Of a stretch of 64,000 nucleotides of DNA, positions 1 to 9,203 are shown in pieces. The notes beneath the pieces are model-generated. The model had not been told where the DNA came from. It made no database searches and saw only the letters and a list, made by a program, of their open reading frames with translations. Source of the DNA: Myxococcota bacterium (GTDB lineage: Bacteria; Myxococcota_A; UBA9160; UBA6930); NCBI GenBank assembly GCA_028285625.1, contig JANQOX010000018.1, positions 19,245-83,244 of the forward strand. Reading direction: 5' to 3'. A program made the translations under genes and the position numbers. The stretch's first letter is position 1. Every line of letters starts with the position of its first letter.

Positions 1-295
1 CCGGCGCGAGCGCGCCGTGCTGGTGGCCTTCGTGATCCCCATCGTGTGGATCGGCGTGCACCCGGCGACGCTGCTGCGCCGGGTGGAGCCATCGATCCTC
101 GAGCTGTTGCGGGTCATGGACGTGCGCGCGCGGGCCAGCGCGGCCGAGTCCGAAGCGTCCGCCTCCGAATCGTCCGGGTCCGAAGCGCCCGAGGCCGACG
201 GCTCGAGCGCAACGGTGCCGGGGGCCGCGGGTCAGCGCGCGCGCTGGCTGGCGGCTGCGACCGCGCCCGCGGGCCGGCCGGAGCCGGCGCGATGA
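1..295 (+). CDS. nuoM: NADH-quinone oxidoreductase subunit M, C-terminal fragment (5' end outside window)
   Basis: The frame is open from the window edge. The hydrophobic tail (FVIPIVWIGVHPATLL..VEPSI) resembles NuoM C-termini. Its TGA overlaps the ATG of the following nuoN (ATGA at 292-295). Confidence 0.6.
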   Translation, partial: RRERAVLVAFVIPIVWIGVHPATLLRRVEPSILELLRVMDVRARASAAESEASASESSGSEAPEADGSSATVPGAAGQRARWLAAATAPAGRPEPAR

Positions 296-1821
296 TTCCC
301 GCGCCGGTTCTCGAGCTGCGCGCGGTGCTGCCGCTGGGCGTGTTGGCGCTGGGCGCCATCGCGGTGCTGGTGCTCGATCTGGTCATGCTCGATCGCAGCC
401 GGCTGTTCGGCCGCAGCGTCACGCGCGCCTTCGTGGGCACGCTGCTCTCGCTGACCTCGGCCGTCTTCCTGATCGTGGTGCTGGTGCTGGGGGTCCAGAA
501 CCTGGTGCACGGCAGCACGGCCGTCTTCAACGTGGCCAACCCACTCGTCCAGCTCGATCCCCTCGCGAACTTCGGCGTGCTGCTGGTTGCGGGCGGCACG
601 TTGCTGGTGTGTCTGATGTCGGTGGCGTACCTCGCCGAACTCGACATCAACCACGGCGAGTACTACGCGCTGCTGCTGCTGTCGGCGAGTGGCATGGTGC
701 TGCTGGTGTCGGCGACCGATCTGTTGTCGCTGTTTCTCGGCCTCGAGGTGACGGCGATCCCCGCCTACGTCCTGGCGGGTTTCGATCGCGGCAGGCGGCG
801 CGGCAACGAGGCCGCGCTCAAGTACTTCCTGCTGGGGTCGTTCGCCAGCGCCATCCTGCTCTACGGCATGGCGCTGCTCTACGGCGCCACCGGCGCCACC
901 ACGCTCGAAGCGATCCGCCAGGCCGAGGTCGCGAGCAGCCCGCTGGCGCTGGCCGGGATGGGGCTCGTGCTGGTGGGCTTCGCCTTCAAGGTGTCGAGCG
1001 TGCCCTTCCACCAGTGGGTCCCCGACGTGTACGAGGGGGCACCCGCGTCGGTGGGGGGCTTCTTCGCCACGACCGTGAAGGCGGCGGCCTTCGTGGCGCT
1101 GCTGCGGCTGCTGGCGGTGGCGCTGGGCGAGGGCGCCAGCTGGGTCGCGCCGATGCTCGCCGTGTTGGCCGCGCTCTCGATGATCGTCGGCAACACCATG
1201 GCGCTGATCCAGCAGAACCCGAAGCGGCTGCTCGGCTACGCGGCCATCGGGCACGCGGGCTACCTGTTGCTCGGCTTCGTGGCGGCAACGCCCGAGGCCT
1301 ACGCAGCGGTGCTCTTCTACCTGACCGCCTATCTCTTCATGACCCTCGGCGCGTTCGCGGTGCTGGTGGCGCTCGCGAACCGGGGCCACGACCTCGAGCG
1401 CATCGGCGACCTCGCGGGGCTCGCCAAGAAGCGCCCGGCCCTGGCCGGCGCGCTCACCCTGTTCGCCATCTCGCTCGCGGGCATCCCGCCGACGGCCGGG
1501 TTTCTGGCCAAGTTCCAGCTCTTCGCGGCGGTGGTGGGCGCCGGACACGTGGGTCTCGTGATCCTCGCGGTGGGCACCAGCGTGCTCTCGGCCTTCTACT
1601 ACCTGCGACTCCCGGTGCTCATGGTCATGCGCGAGCCCGAGGGACCGCCGCCGCGGCTCCACCTGGCCAGCGGCGAGTGGCTGGTGGTGGGCGTCTGCGC
1701 ATTGGCAGTGGTTACGCTCGGCCTGCTGCCCAACGGCCTCGGAGTCGATAGCCCGTCGCTGCTGCCGCCGGCCCTCGACTGGTCGCGCGACGCCATCACG
1801 GCGCTGCTGGCTTCGCGCTAG
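292..1821 (+). CDS. nuoN: NADH-quinone oxidoreductase subunit N
   Basis: Polytopic membrane protein with NuoN/ND2-type sequence (LKYFLLGSFASAILLYGMALLYG, FKVSSVPFHQWVPDVYEGAP). Start chosen at ATG 292; the upstream part of the listed ORF is Arg/Gly-rich non-coding-like. Confidence 0.9.
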   Translation: MIPAPVLELRAVLPLGVLALGAIAVLVLDLVMLDRSRLFGRSVTRAFVGTLLSLTSAVFLIVVLVLGVQNLVHGSTAVFNVANPLVQLDPLANFGVLLVAGGTLLVCLMSVAYLAELDINHGEYYALLLLSASGMVLLVSATDLLSLFLGLEVTAIPAYVLAGFDRGRRRGNEAALKYFLLGSFASAILLYGMALLYGATGATTLEAIRQAEVASSPLALAGMGLVLVGFAFKVSSVPFHQWVPDVYEGAPASVGGFFATTVKAAAFVALLRLLAVALGEGASWVAPMLAVLAALSMIVGNTMALIQQNPKRLLGYAAIGHAGYLLLGFVAATPEAYAAVLFYLTAYLFMTLGAFAVLVALANRGHDLERIGDLAGLAKKRPALAGALTLFAISLAGIPPTAGFLAKFQLFAAVVGAGHVGLVILAVGTSVLSAFYYLRLPVLMVMREPEGPPPRLHLASGEWLVVGVCALAVVTLGLLPNGLGVDSPSLLPPALDWSRDAITALLASR

Positions 1822-1863
1822 GCGGGACCTTTCGGAACTCGCGCTAGGCGGGGTCCTTCGGAA
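1813..1863. repeat. Direct tandem duplication, about 25 nt units with 26-bp period, x2
   Basis: TCGCGCTAGGCGGGACCTTTCGGAA (1813-1837) and TCGCGCTAGGCGGGGTCCTTCGGAA (1839-1863). The CTAG in copy 1 holds the nuoN stop (TAG 1819-1821). The CTAG in copy 2 holds the selB stop on the minus strand (1844-1846). Confidence 0.8.
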
Positions 1864-3772
1864 AGGCCCGTCCGCGTACCCGGGCGTCGCCGCGGCGGAC
1901 GGTCAGGTGCTCTTCGTCGAAGAGCTCCATGAGCGGCACGGCCCACTTTCGGGTGGTACCGATCAGGGCCTTGTAGGCTGTGGTGTCGAGAGCGTCGTGC
2001 TCGCGCAGGTGACCGATCACCCGTTCGCGAAGCTCGTCCACGGCGCCCTTGTCGAACCACAGGTCGGCGGGCGTTCGGGTGAGCGAGCCGTCACGCGCCA
2101 GGTGGGCGAGCACGTCGCGCAGCTCGCCCTCTTCGATGCCCAGTTCATCCAGCTGCTCGCGCACGCTCTTGGGTTCGAGTCCGTCGATCATGGCGTCTGC
2201 GCGAAGGCGCGCAGCAATGGCCTCCTGGCGCTGGGTGAGCCGAGGCACGAAGTCGCCCGCGCGCACGAGGTCGGCGTCGATCTCGGCGCGCCCGTCGGCG
2301 CAGAGCCGCGCGAGCGCCGCCTCGAAGGCTTCGGCGGGAGCGTTGTCGGGCAGCGCCCCGGCCAGTGCGCTGCGCGACATGCCCAGGCGCAGGGGCTCGC
2401 GGTCGTGGAACTCCGAGAGCGCGTCGACCAAGCGGCCTTCGAGCGTCTCGAGGGAGGCCGTGGCGAGCCAGCGCTTGCCGGCGTGCACCACGCTGCCTTC
2501 GTCGGTCAGCTGCTCGGCCACCTGCTCGGGCGTCCGACCCGTCTCGCGCGCGAGCGCGCCTTCCTCGATTCCCGCCAGACCGGCGCGTGCCACACGCAGG
2601 CGAAGCGCCTCGCCGAGCGGGGCCGCCGCGAGACGGGCGAGCTCGTCGACGAGTTGCGGATCGCTGCGCCTGCGACGGGGCGGTGCCACGTCCAGTACGC
2701 GGCCCCCGCCGAGCGTCGACCCGCCGCCTGCGAGCCGCGCAAAGCCACGCAGCACGAAGCGATCACCCGGCAGCAGTGCGAGCGGCGGCCCGTCCACGTG
2801 GATGCGCGCGAGACCCTCTTCGCCCGGCGCGAGCCGCTCGGCTCCCACCAGGGCCACCCGGCCGCGGCGCTCGGCGGTGCCGACCAGGATCTCCACTGCC
2901 GTGGGCTCCCGGCCGAGCTCGGGGGCTTCCGGCAGCCAGGCGAGGGTCGCGTCGAAGGTGTCCGAGGTGGGCAGGGCGTCTGCTCGGCAGACCACCTGAC
3001 CGCGGGCGAGCTGCGCGCGCTCCACTCCCTGCAGGTTGATCGCGCAGCGAGAGCCCGGTTCGGCCTGCTCGACGCTCTCGCCGAACTGCTGCAGGCCGCG
3101 CACGCGCGCGCGTAGGCCATCGGGCTGTACCTCGACGGCATCGCCCACGCGCAGGGCGCTGCCGAGCAGGCTGCCGGTCACCACCGTTCCGAAACCGCGC
3201 ATGACGAACACGCGATCGACCCCCAGGCGCGCCGGTCCGGTGCGGGGTGTGGCCGCGGGGCCGTCGGTGGCCAGCTCGCGAAGCGTCGCGCGCAGCGCGT
3301 CGAGTCCGTCGCCGGTCTGCGCCGAGACCGGGATGATCGGCGCGCCGGCCAGGCGCGTGGCTTCGAGGGCTTCGCGCGCTTCCTCCTGGGCCAGTTCGGC
3401 CACGTCGCCTTCGGCGAGGTCCGTCTTGGTGAGCGCAACCACGGCGCGCTCGAGACCGAGGAGATCGCAAATGGCCAGGTGCTCGCGTGTCTGCGGCATC
3501 ACGCCTTCGTCGGCGGCGATCACCAGCAGCAGCAGGTCGATTCCGCTCGCGCCGGCCACCATCGTACGCACCAGGCCTTCGTGCCCCGGCACGTCCACCA
3601 CCCCCAGCGTGAGCCCATCGCCCAGATCCAGCGGCGCAAAGCCCAGCTCGATGGTGATGCCGCGCTGCTTCTCTTCCGGGAGCCGGTCGGGGTCGACGCC
3701 CGTGAGGGCGCGAACCAGCGTGGACTTGCCGTGGTCGATGTGGCCCGCCGTGCCCAGGATGAGGCTCGGCAC
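1844..3772 (-). CDS. selB: Selenocysteine-specific translation elongation factor SelB
   Basis: N-terminal GTPase with G1 [19 protein letters not shown]3 DVPGHE and G4 TKTD, followed by a long C-terminal winged-helix-type extension (642 aa). GTG start at 3772, 4 nt after the serS stop. Confidence 0.9.
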   Translation of the reverse strand: MPSLILGTAGHIDHGKSTLVRALTGVDPDRLPEEKQRGITIELGFAPLDLGDGLTLGVVDVPGHEGLVRTMVAGASGIDLLLLVIAADEGVMPQTREHLAICDLLGLERAVVALTKTDLAEGDVAELAQEEAREALEATRLAGAPIIPVSAQTGDGLDALRATLRELATDGPAATPRTGPARLGVDRVFVMRGFGTVVTGSLLGSALRVGDAVEVQPDGLRARVRGLQQFGESVEQAEPGSRCAINLQGVERAQLARGQVVCRADALPTSDTFDATLAWLPEAPELGREPTAVEILVGTAERRGRVALVGAERLAPGEEGLARIHVDGPPLALLPGDRFVLRGFARLAGGGSTLGGGRVLDVAPPRRRRSDPQLVDELARLAAAPLGEALRLRVARAGLAGIEEGALARETGRTPEQVAEQLTDEGSVVHAGKRWLATASLETLEGRLVDALSEFHDREPLRLGMSRSALAGALPDNAPAEAFEAALARLCADGRAEIDADLVRAGDFVPRLTQRQEAIAARLRADAMIDGLEPKSVREQLDELGIEEGELRDVLAHLARDGSLTRTPADLWFDKGAVDELRERVIGHLREHDALDTTAYKALIGTTRKWAVPLMELFDEEHLTVRRGDARVRGRAFPKDPA

Positions 3773-3776
3773 GCTC

Positions 3777-5063
3777 CTATCCGGCGTTGCGCGGCTCGAT
3801 GCGCTCGCGCCCGACGTAGGGGACGAGGGCCTTCGGGATGCGCACGCCTCCGTCGGCCTGCTGGTGCACCTCGAGCAGGGTGAGGATCGCCCGGCCGTTC
3901 GAGACGGCGGTGCCGTTCAGCAGGTGCACGAACTCGTTGCGCTTGCTGCCCTTGCGGCGGAACCGCGTCTTCAGTCGCCGCGACTGGTAGTCGGTGCAGT
4001 TCGATGCGCTGGTGATCTCGCCCCACGAACCGCCCTCGCCCCGCCCCGGCATCCAGGCCTCGAGGTCGAACTTGCGGTAGGCGGGTGCACCCAGGTCGCC
4101 GCTGGCGATGTCGATCACGCGGTACGGAATCTCGAGCCCCTGGAAGATCTGTTCCTCGATGGCGAGCAGCTCCTGGTGCATGGCCTCGCTCTCTTCGGGC
4201 TTCGAGAGCACGAACATCTCGACCTTCGTGAACTGGTGCACGCGATAGAGGCCCTTGCTCTCGCGCCCCGCGGCGCCGGCCTCGGTCCGGAAGCAATGCG
4301 AGATGCCCGCGATGCGAAGAGGCAGGTCGGCCTCGTCGAGGATGGTGTCCGCGTAGAGGCCACCGAGCGTGATCTCGGCCGTGCCCACCAGGCAGAGGTC
4401 GGCGTTGGCCAGCGAGTAGATCTGCGTCTCCTCGCCGCGAGGGCTGTAGCCCAGGCCGTCCACCACCTCGGGGCGCGCCACGTCCGGCGTCACGTAGGGC
4501 GTGAAGCCCGCCTGCATGACCACGTCGAGGGCATAGCGTTGCAGCGCGAGCTCGAGCAGCACGGCTTCGTTCTTCAGGTAGTACCACTTCTGCCCCGCGA
4601 CCCGGGCCCCGGCTTCGAAGTCCACCAGGTCGAGGTCGCGCGCGATGGCCAGGTGGTCCCGCGGTGCGAAGTCGAACGGCGGTGGCTCGCCCACCTGCCG
4701 CAGCGACCGGCCGTCGTCCTCGCCGCCCTCGGGCACGTCGGGGTGCACGAAGTTCGGGATCTTCTCCATGCGCAGGTCGAGCGCCACGCGCGCTGCGGCG
4801 AGCTCGCTCTCGAGGCGCGACACGGCTTCCTTGAGGGCGCGGCCCTCGGCGGTGTGGGACTCGCGCTCGACCGGCTCGAGCTTGCGCTTGCCCGAGGCCT
4901 GGTGCTCGTTGCGGCGCCGGTTCACCTCGTTGAGCTCGGTCTGGATCCCGGCCACGCGCTCGTAGAGCGAGATGGTGGCGTCGAGGTCGATCGAGACTCC
5001 GCGCACGCGGCAGCTGTGCGCGATCTCGTCCCGGCGGTCGGCGAGGCTGCGGGGGTCGAGCAT
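3777..5063 (-). CDS. serS: Seryl-tRNA synthetase
   Basis: Class II aaRS with an N-terminal coiled-coil arm and [11 protein letters not shown] and GRAILTLLE-type motifs. Start set at ATG 5063 (MLDPRSL...), giving 428 aa. The upstream 89 codons of the listed ORF look non-coding. Confidence 0.9.
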   Translation of the reverse strand: MLDPRSLADRRDEIAHSCRVRGVSIDLDATISLYERVAGIQTELNEVNRRRNEHQASGKRKLEPVERESHTAEGRALKEAVSRLESELAAARVALDLRMEKIPNFVHPDVPEGGEDDGRSLRQVGEPPPFDFAPRDHLAIARDLDLVDFEAGARVAGQKWYYLKNEAVLLELALQRYALDVVMQAGFTPYVTPDVARPEVVDGLGYSPRGEETQIYSLANADLCLVGTAEITLGGLYADTILDEADLPLRIAGISHCFRTEAGAAGRESKGLYRVHQFTKVEMFVLSKPEESEAMHQELLAIEEQIFQGLEIPYRVIDIASGDLGAPAYRKFDLEAWMPGRGEGGSWGEITSASNCTDYQSRRLKTRFRRKGSKRNEFVHLLNGTAVSNGRAILTLLEVHQQADGGVRIPKALVPYVGRERIEPRNAG

Positions 5064-5173
5064 GGGGGAGAGAAGGGAAGCAACAAGTTCCGGGTGCCGC
5101 AAACGACGGCCTCGAGCAGCTATACTCCGCAAGCGTCCTGATCCCCGAACCGGCGGATCGCGGGAGATCGAGC

Positions 5174-7309
5174 ATGGGCAAGCAGCCGCCTCGCCGCTCT
5201 GCGTTTGCGGCGGTCGCCGTGGCGGTAGATTGCGCGCGCGTGGCGGTAGACCGCGCGCGTGTGGCGGTGACGCGCGTGCGGGCGGGGCGGTCCCGACACA
5301 TCGCGGTGCTCTTCGGGTTCGTGGCGGCACTCGTCGCCGCCCCTTCGTGGTCCGAGACCCCGCTGGGCGAAGAGGAAGAAGAGGTCGTCTACGCCCCGCT
5401 GCGGGTGGTGGTGGACGAGGCCTATCCGCCCCACCAGTTTCGCGACAGGCGAGGGCGACCGGCGGGCTTCGACGTCGATCTGCTGCGACTGGTGGCAGAG
5501 CAAGCGAACCTCGAGGTTCGCTTCGAACTGGGTGCGTGGCCCGAGATTCGTGCCGGGCTCGAGGACGGCAGCGTCGATCTGAACCCAGGCGTCTTCCGCA
5601 CGCCGACGCGTCAGGCCTTCCTCGCCTTCACCGCCCCCACCGCGTGGGTGCACCACGCGTTGTTCGTGCGCGAAGACAGCGAACTCACCGGGCCGGAAGA
5701 CCTGCGCGACGGCAGCGTCCTCATCAACCGCGGTGGATTCCACGAGGACTACCTGCACGAACACCACGTGCCGGTCTCGCCGATCCTGGCTGCGGACAAC
5801 CGCGAGGCACTGGTCCGGCTGGCCGCGGGCGAGGGCGACGCCGCCGTCACGTTGAACACCCAGGGCCTCTACTGGATTCGCACCCTTCGCCTCGAGGGCG
5901 TGCGCGCGATTGGCGAGCCGATCGACACGCGTAGGCTGCGCATGGCCGTGCCACTGGCCCGGCAGGATCTCGTGCACCGCCTCAACGAGGGTCTCGTGGC
6001 CGTCCACCGGAGCGGCGCCTACGACGCGCTGTTCGACCAGTGGTTCGGCGTGCTGCCGCCGCCGGCCGTGCCCGTGGCGCGCTTTCTGCAGTTCGCAGGC
6101 GCCGCCATCGCGCTGATCCTGGTACTGGCGGTGGCGTCCATCCTGTGGTCGCGCACGCTCCAGCAGCAGGTGGACCGGCGCACCCGGGACCTGCTCGAAA
6201 CCGACGCCAAGCTGCGCGCGACGTTCGCTGCAGCGCCCGGCGTGGGGCTCGTGGTGGCCGAGGACCCCAGCGACGGCGCGCGCCTGCTCGACTGGAGCGA
6301 AGGAGCCGAGCGCATGTGGGGCCACGGCCGCGAGCACGCGCTGGGGCTGACCGTGGGCGACCTGCGAAGCAGCGCGGACCGCACCGCGCACGAGACGCTG
6401 CTCGGAGAACGCCTAGGCGAAGGCGGGCGCGCCCGCGAGGCCGAGCTGCTCCGCGCCGACGGTGAGCCCCTGCCGGCCTTCGTGGTGGCGAGCCTGCTCC
6501 CGCCGGACGCAGAGGGACACGTCCGCCTGCTGTACGTGGCGTTCGACCTGAGCGACCGCGTGCAGGCCGAGCGCGAGAAGTTCGCGCTCGAGTCGCGGCT
6601 GCAGGAGGCGCGCAAGATGGAGGCGCTGGGTCGGCTGGCAGGGGGCGTGGCGCACGACTTCAAGAACGTGCTGACGACCATCGTCGGCAACGCCGTTCTG
6701 GCGCGGCGCTCGCTCGACGAGCCCAAGCGCGCCGAGGAGAGCCTGGACGAGATCCTGCAGGCCTCGCAGGCGGTCGATCGCATCATCGACCAGCTGCTGG
6801 CCTTCAGCCGGCGTCAGGAGAGCGAGCCGCGCGAGACGGACTGGAACCAGGTCACCCGCGACGTCGAGGCGGTGCTGCGCCGGCTTCTGCCCCAGGGCAT
6901 CGAGATGCGTGTCGCGTTCGCATCGGCGCCGTGGCCGGTGCGGATCGACCCGGGGCAGGCATCGCAGGTGGTGATGAACCTGGTGGTGAACGCGCGAGAC
7001 GCGATCGACGGCAAGGGCCATGTCGACGTCCGCACCGAGAACGAGATGCGCGACGGGCAGGCCTGGTCGGTCCTGATCGTGCGCGACGACGGCCGGGGCA
7101 TGGACGACGAGACCCGCGCGCGCATCTTCGAGCCCTTCTTCACGACGAAGGCCGAGGGCGGCGGAACGGGGCTCGGGCTCGCCACGGTGTACGGCGTGGT
7201 GGAGCAGGCGGGCGGACGGATCGAGGTGGACAGCAAGAGCGGCGAGGGGACGACGTTCCGGGTGGCGCTGCCGCGGTCCGAGGGGGGATCCGAGGACGAG
7301 GCCTCCTGA
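5174..7309 (+). CDS. Sensor histidine kinase (periplasmic solute-binding-like domain, TM, PAS, HisKA, HATPase_c)
   Basis: H-box GGVAHDFKNVLTTIVGN, G1 VRDDGRGMD and G2 GTGLGLATVYGVV. The N-terminal part resembles a family-3 solute-binding domain. The true start is uncertain: ATG 5174 or one of the GTGs inside the 21-bp repeats at 5219-5281. Confidence 0.85.
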   Translation: MGKQPPRRSAFAAVAVAVDCARVAVDRARVAVTRVRAGRSRHIAVLFGFVAALVAAPSWSETPLGEEEEEVVYAPLRVVVDEAYPPHQFRDRRGRPAGFDVDLLRLVAEQANLEVRFELGAWPEIRAGLEDGSVDLNPGVFRTPTRQAFLAFTAPTAWVHHALFVREDSELTGPEDLRDGSVLINRGGFHEDYLHEHHVPVSPILAADNREALVRLAAGEGDAAVTLNTQGLYWIRTLRLEGVRAIGEPIDTRRLRMAVPLARQDLVHRLNEGLVAVHRSGAYDALFDQWFGVLPPPAVPVARFLQFAGAAIALILVLAVASILWSRTLQQQVDRRTRDLLETDAKLRATFAAAPGVGLVVAEDPSDGARLLDWSEGAERMWGHGREHALGLTVGDLRSSADRTAHETLLGERLGEGGRAREAELLRADGEPLPAFVVASLLPPDAEGHVRLLYVAFDLSDRVQAEREKFALESRLQEARKMEALGRLAGGVAHDFKNVLTTIVGNAVLARRSLDEPKRAEESLDEILQASQAVDRIIDQLLAFSRRQESEPRETDWNQVTRDVEAVLRRLLPQGIEMRVAFASAPWPVRIDPGQASQVVMNLVVNARDAIDGKGHVDVRTENEMRDGQAWSVLIVRDDGRGMDDETRARIFEPFFTTKAEGGGTGLGLATVYGVVEQAGGRIEVDSKSGEGTTFRVALPRSEGGSEDEAS
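5219..5281. repeat. 21-bp tandem repeat, x3 (third copy degenerate)
   Basis: GTGGCGGTAGATTGCGCGCGC / GTGGCGGTAGACCGCGCGCGT / GTGGCGGTGACGCGCGTGCGG. In the kinase frame it reads VAVDCAR-VAVDRAR-VAVTRVR. Each unit begins with an in-frame GTG. Confidence 0.8.
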
Positions 7310-7387
7310 GGCCGGGCGGTGGGGCGGAGGCGACGAGGTGTCGTGCTCAGCTCGGGCGCGATCCGCGCGGGGGATGGGTCAGGCTGG

Positions 7388-7414
7388 GGCGCGCGCCCTC
7401 GAATTCCGCGCGCC
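7388..7414 (+). terminator. GC-rich hairpin between convergent genes (candidate intrinsic terminator, no U-tract)
   Basis: GGCGCGCG (7388-7395) pairs with CGCGCGCC (7407-7414) around an 11-nt loop. It lies 79 nt after the kinase stop. Confidence 0.3.
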
Positions 7415-7478
7415 ACCTCGTCGCCTCCGCCGGTCGCGGCGTGGGGGCGCTCGAAATCCGCGAGCCGTTCGAGCCGCG

Positions 7479-8342
7479 TCAGCGGGGTTCGAGGACCTGG
7501 GATTCGAGCCAGTTGCGGACTTCCTGGGTGCGCAGGGTCGGGTCGAGGAGGTCGTCGCCTGCGCCGTGGGCCGTGATCAGGTCCTGGCGGGTGGGGTCGG
7601 TGTGGAGGGCTTCGAGTTCTTCCACGTAGGTGGCCAGCGCGCCCGGGCCTTCGAACGAGCCCTGGGCGATCAGCTCGTCGCCGCGTAGGGTGGCGAGGCG
7701 GGCGACCTCGTGGGCGTCGTACTCGGGGTGGTACTGCACGGCCTGAAAGCTCGTGCCGCCGCGGAACACCTCGAGGGCCTGCACGCGCGAGAAGTCGTTC
7801 GAGGCGAGCAGGCGTGCATCGGCCGGCAGCGACACGACCTCGTCGCCGTGGCTGCACCAGGCGTCGAAGCGGTCGGGCTTGTCGCGAAACAGCGGGTGCG
7901 CCCGGCCCGCATCGGTCAGGGTGATGTCACGGGCCACGCCGAACTCGCGGCCCTTGGGGCTGGCCGCGCAGCTTCCGCCCGCGGCCACGGCCGCCACCTG
8001 CGCCGCCCAGCAGCTGCCGAAGTTGGGCACCCCCGCGTCGAGCAGGGCGCGGGCGAGTTCGATCTGGCGCCGCACGGCCGGCTCGTCGTGGTGGATGGTG
8101 AGGCTCGACCCGGTCCAGACCGCGCCGTCGAAGTCGGCCAGCGCACCGCCCGGCGGCAGTCCCGGATCGGCGTCGGCGGCGAAGGCCACGTGCAGGGTCG
8201 CGTCGGGCACGAGCGCACTCAGCAGGCCGCGGTAGAGGTCGCCGGCGGGCGTGCCGCCCGCGCCGGCGAGCGCCTCGCGCCCGGCCAGGGCGTAGGCGTC
8301 GAGCACGAGCAGTCGCGGCTCGCCGTCGAGCGGGGTCGGCAC
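7479..8342 (-). CDS. Class I glutamine amidotransferase-like protein
   Basis: GATase1-type core (GVPNFGSCWAAQVAAVAAGG with nucleophile Cys; CSHGDEV His). Start placed at GTG 8342, just after the upstream TauD stop; the ATG at 8486 would overlap that gene by 136 nt. Confidence 0.7.
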   Translation of the reverse strand: MPTPLDGEPRLLVLDAYALAGREALAGAGGTPAGDLYRGLLSALVPDATLHVAFAADADPGLPPGGALADFDGAVWTGSSLTIHHDEPAVRRQIELARALLDAGVPNFGSCWAAQVAAVAAGGSCAASPKGREFGVARDITLTDAGRAHPLFRDKPDRFDAWCSHGDEVVSLPADARLLASNDFSRVQALEVFRGGTSFQAVQYHPEYDAHEVARLATLRGDELIAQGSFEGPGALATYVEELEALHTDPTRQDLITAHGAGDDLLDPTLRTQEVRNWLESQVLEPR

Positions 8343-8350
8343 CGGCTGGC

Positions 8351-9202
8351 TCAGACCGGTCGCTCGCCGGCGATCGTCACGCGGTACATCACGCGCTCGT
8401 GTTCGCGGTAGTCGTCCATGGCGTAGTGCCAGACCTGCCGGTTGTCCCAGAGGGCCACCGCACCTGGCGTCCAGCGGAAGCGGCACTGGAAGTCGGGTCG
8501 CGCGCAGTGCTGGTAGAGCATCTCGAGGATCGCGTGGCTCTCCGACTCGGCCAGGTCGCAGATGCGTTGGGTGAACATCGGGTTCACGTAGATCGACCGC
8601 GCGCCGGTGTCGACATGGGTTCGCACCACGGGGTGCTCGACCTCTTCGTGCACCGCCTCGCTGTAGCGGTAGCGAAGCGGGGCCTTGCCCTCGTACTTCT
8701 CGCGTCCCACGCCATCGGGGTCGTAGGCGCGGCTGGCGCTGTGCACCGCGCGCAGGTCGCCGAGAAACGACTGCATGCGCGGCGACAGCGCCTGGTACGC
8801 CGCCTCCATGCTGGCGTACAGGGTGTCGCCGCCCACCGGCGGGATGGTCTCGCCATAGAGCACCGAACCCAGGCTGGGCCTTTCGAAGAAGGAGTTGTCG
8901 GTGTGCCAGCCCACGCCGAAGCTCGCCGAAGCGCCGGCGGGCTTGTGCACGCGGAGCATCTCGGGGCGGCCGTCCATGCCCTCGACGATCGGGTGCACCT
9001 CGGGTTCGCCGAAGCGCCGCGCGAACGCGATCTGCGCGTCCGGGTCGAAGGTCTGGTCGCGAAAGAAGACGGCACCGTGGGTGAGCAGGGCTTCGCGCAC
9101 CCGGGCGAAGGCGTCGTCGGACAGATCGCGCAGGTCGACCCCGCCGATCTCGGCGCCCACGGCGCCGGCGAGCGGCCGGACTTCGATGGATTCGGGGCTC
9201 AT
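8351..9202 (-). CDS. TauD/TfdA-family Fe(II)/2-oxoglutarate dioxygenase
   Basis: WHTDNSF (HxD) motif and typical family length. Start at ATG 9202 (MSPESIEVRPL...). Confidence 0.85.
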   Translation of the reverse strand: MSPESIEVRPLAGAVGAEIGGVDLRDLSDDAFARVREALLTHGAVFFRDQTFDPDAQIAFARRFGEPEVHPIVEGMDGRPEMLRVHKPAGASASFGVGWHTDNSFFERPSLGSVLYGETIPPVGGDTLYASMEAAYQALSPRMQSFLGDLRAVHSASRAYDPDGVGREKYEGKAPLRYRYSEAVHEEVEHPVVRTHVDTGARSIYVNPMFTQRICDLAESESHAILEMLYQHCARPDFQCRFRWTPGAVALWDNRQVWHYAMDDYREHERVMYRVTIAGERPV

Positions 9203-9203
9203 G

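Noticed and set aside
232-1662. Long antisense or alternative-frame ORFs throughout the track. Examples: 232-1662(-), 3036-5141(+), 14633-17437(+), 38757-40493(+) upstream part, 42879-45557(-), 47408-50296(-), 50809-53349(+), 57659-60508(-).
   Set aside because: Their translations are Arg/Pro/Gly/Ala-rich low-complexity strings with no family motifs. They overlap ORFs that have clear motifs and G/C-dominated third positions. Such shadow ORFs are expected in very GC-rich DNA.
5064-5173. Possible tRNA-Sec (selC) or other tRNA in the serS/kinase intergenic region, given the adjacent selB.
   Set aside because: Neither strand shows an acceptor stem with a T-arm (GGTTCGAATCC-like) or a UCA anticodon loop. 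GGTTCGGGGATC on the minus strand has no complementary stem partners.
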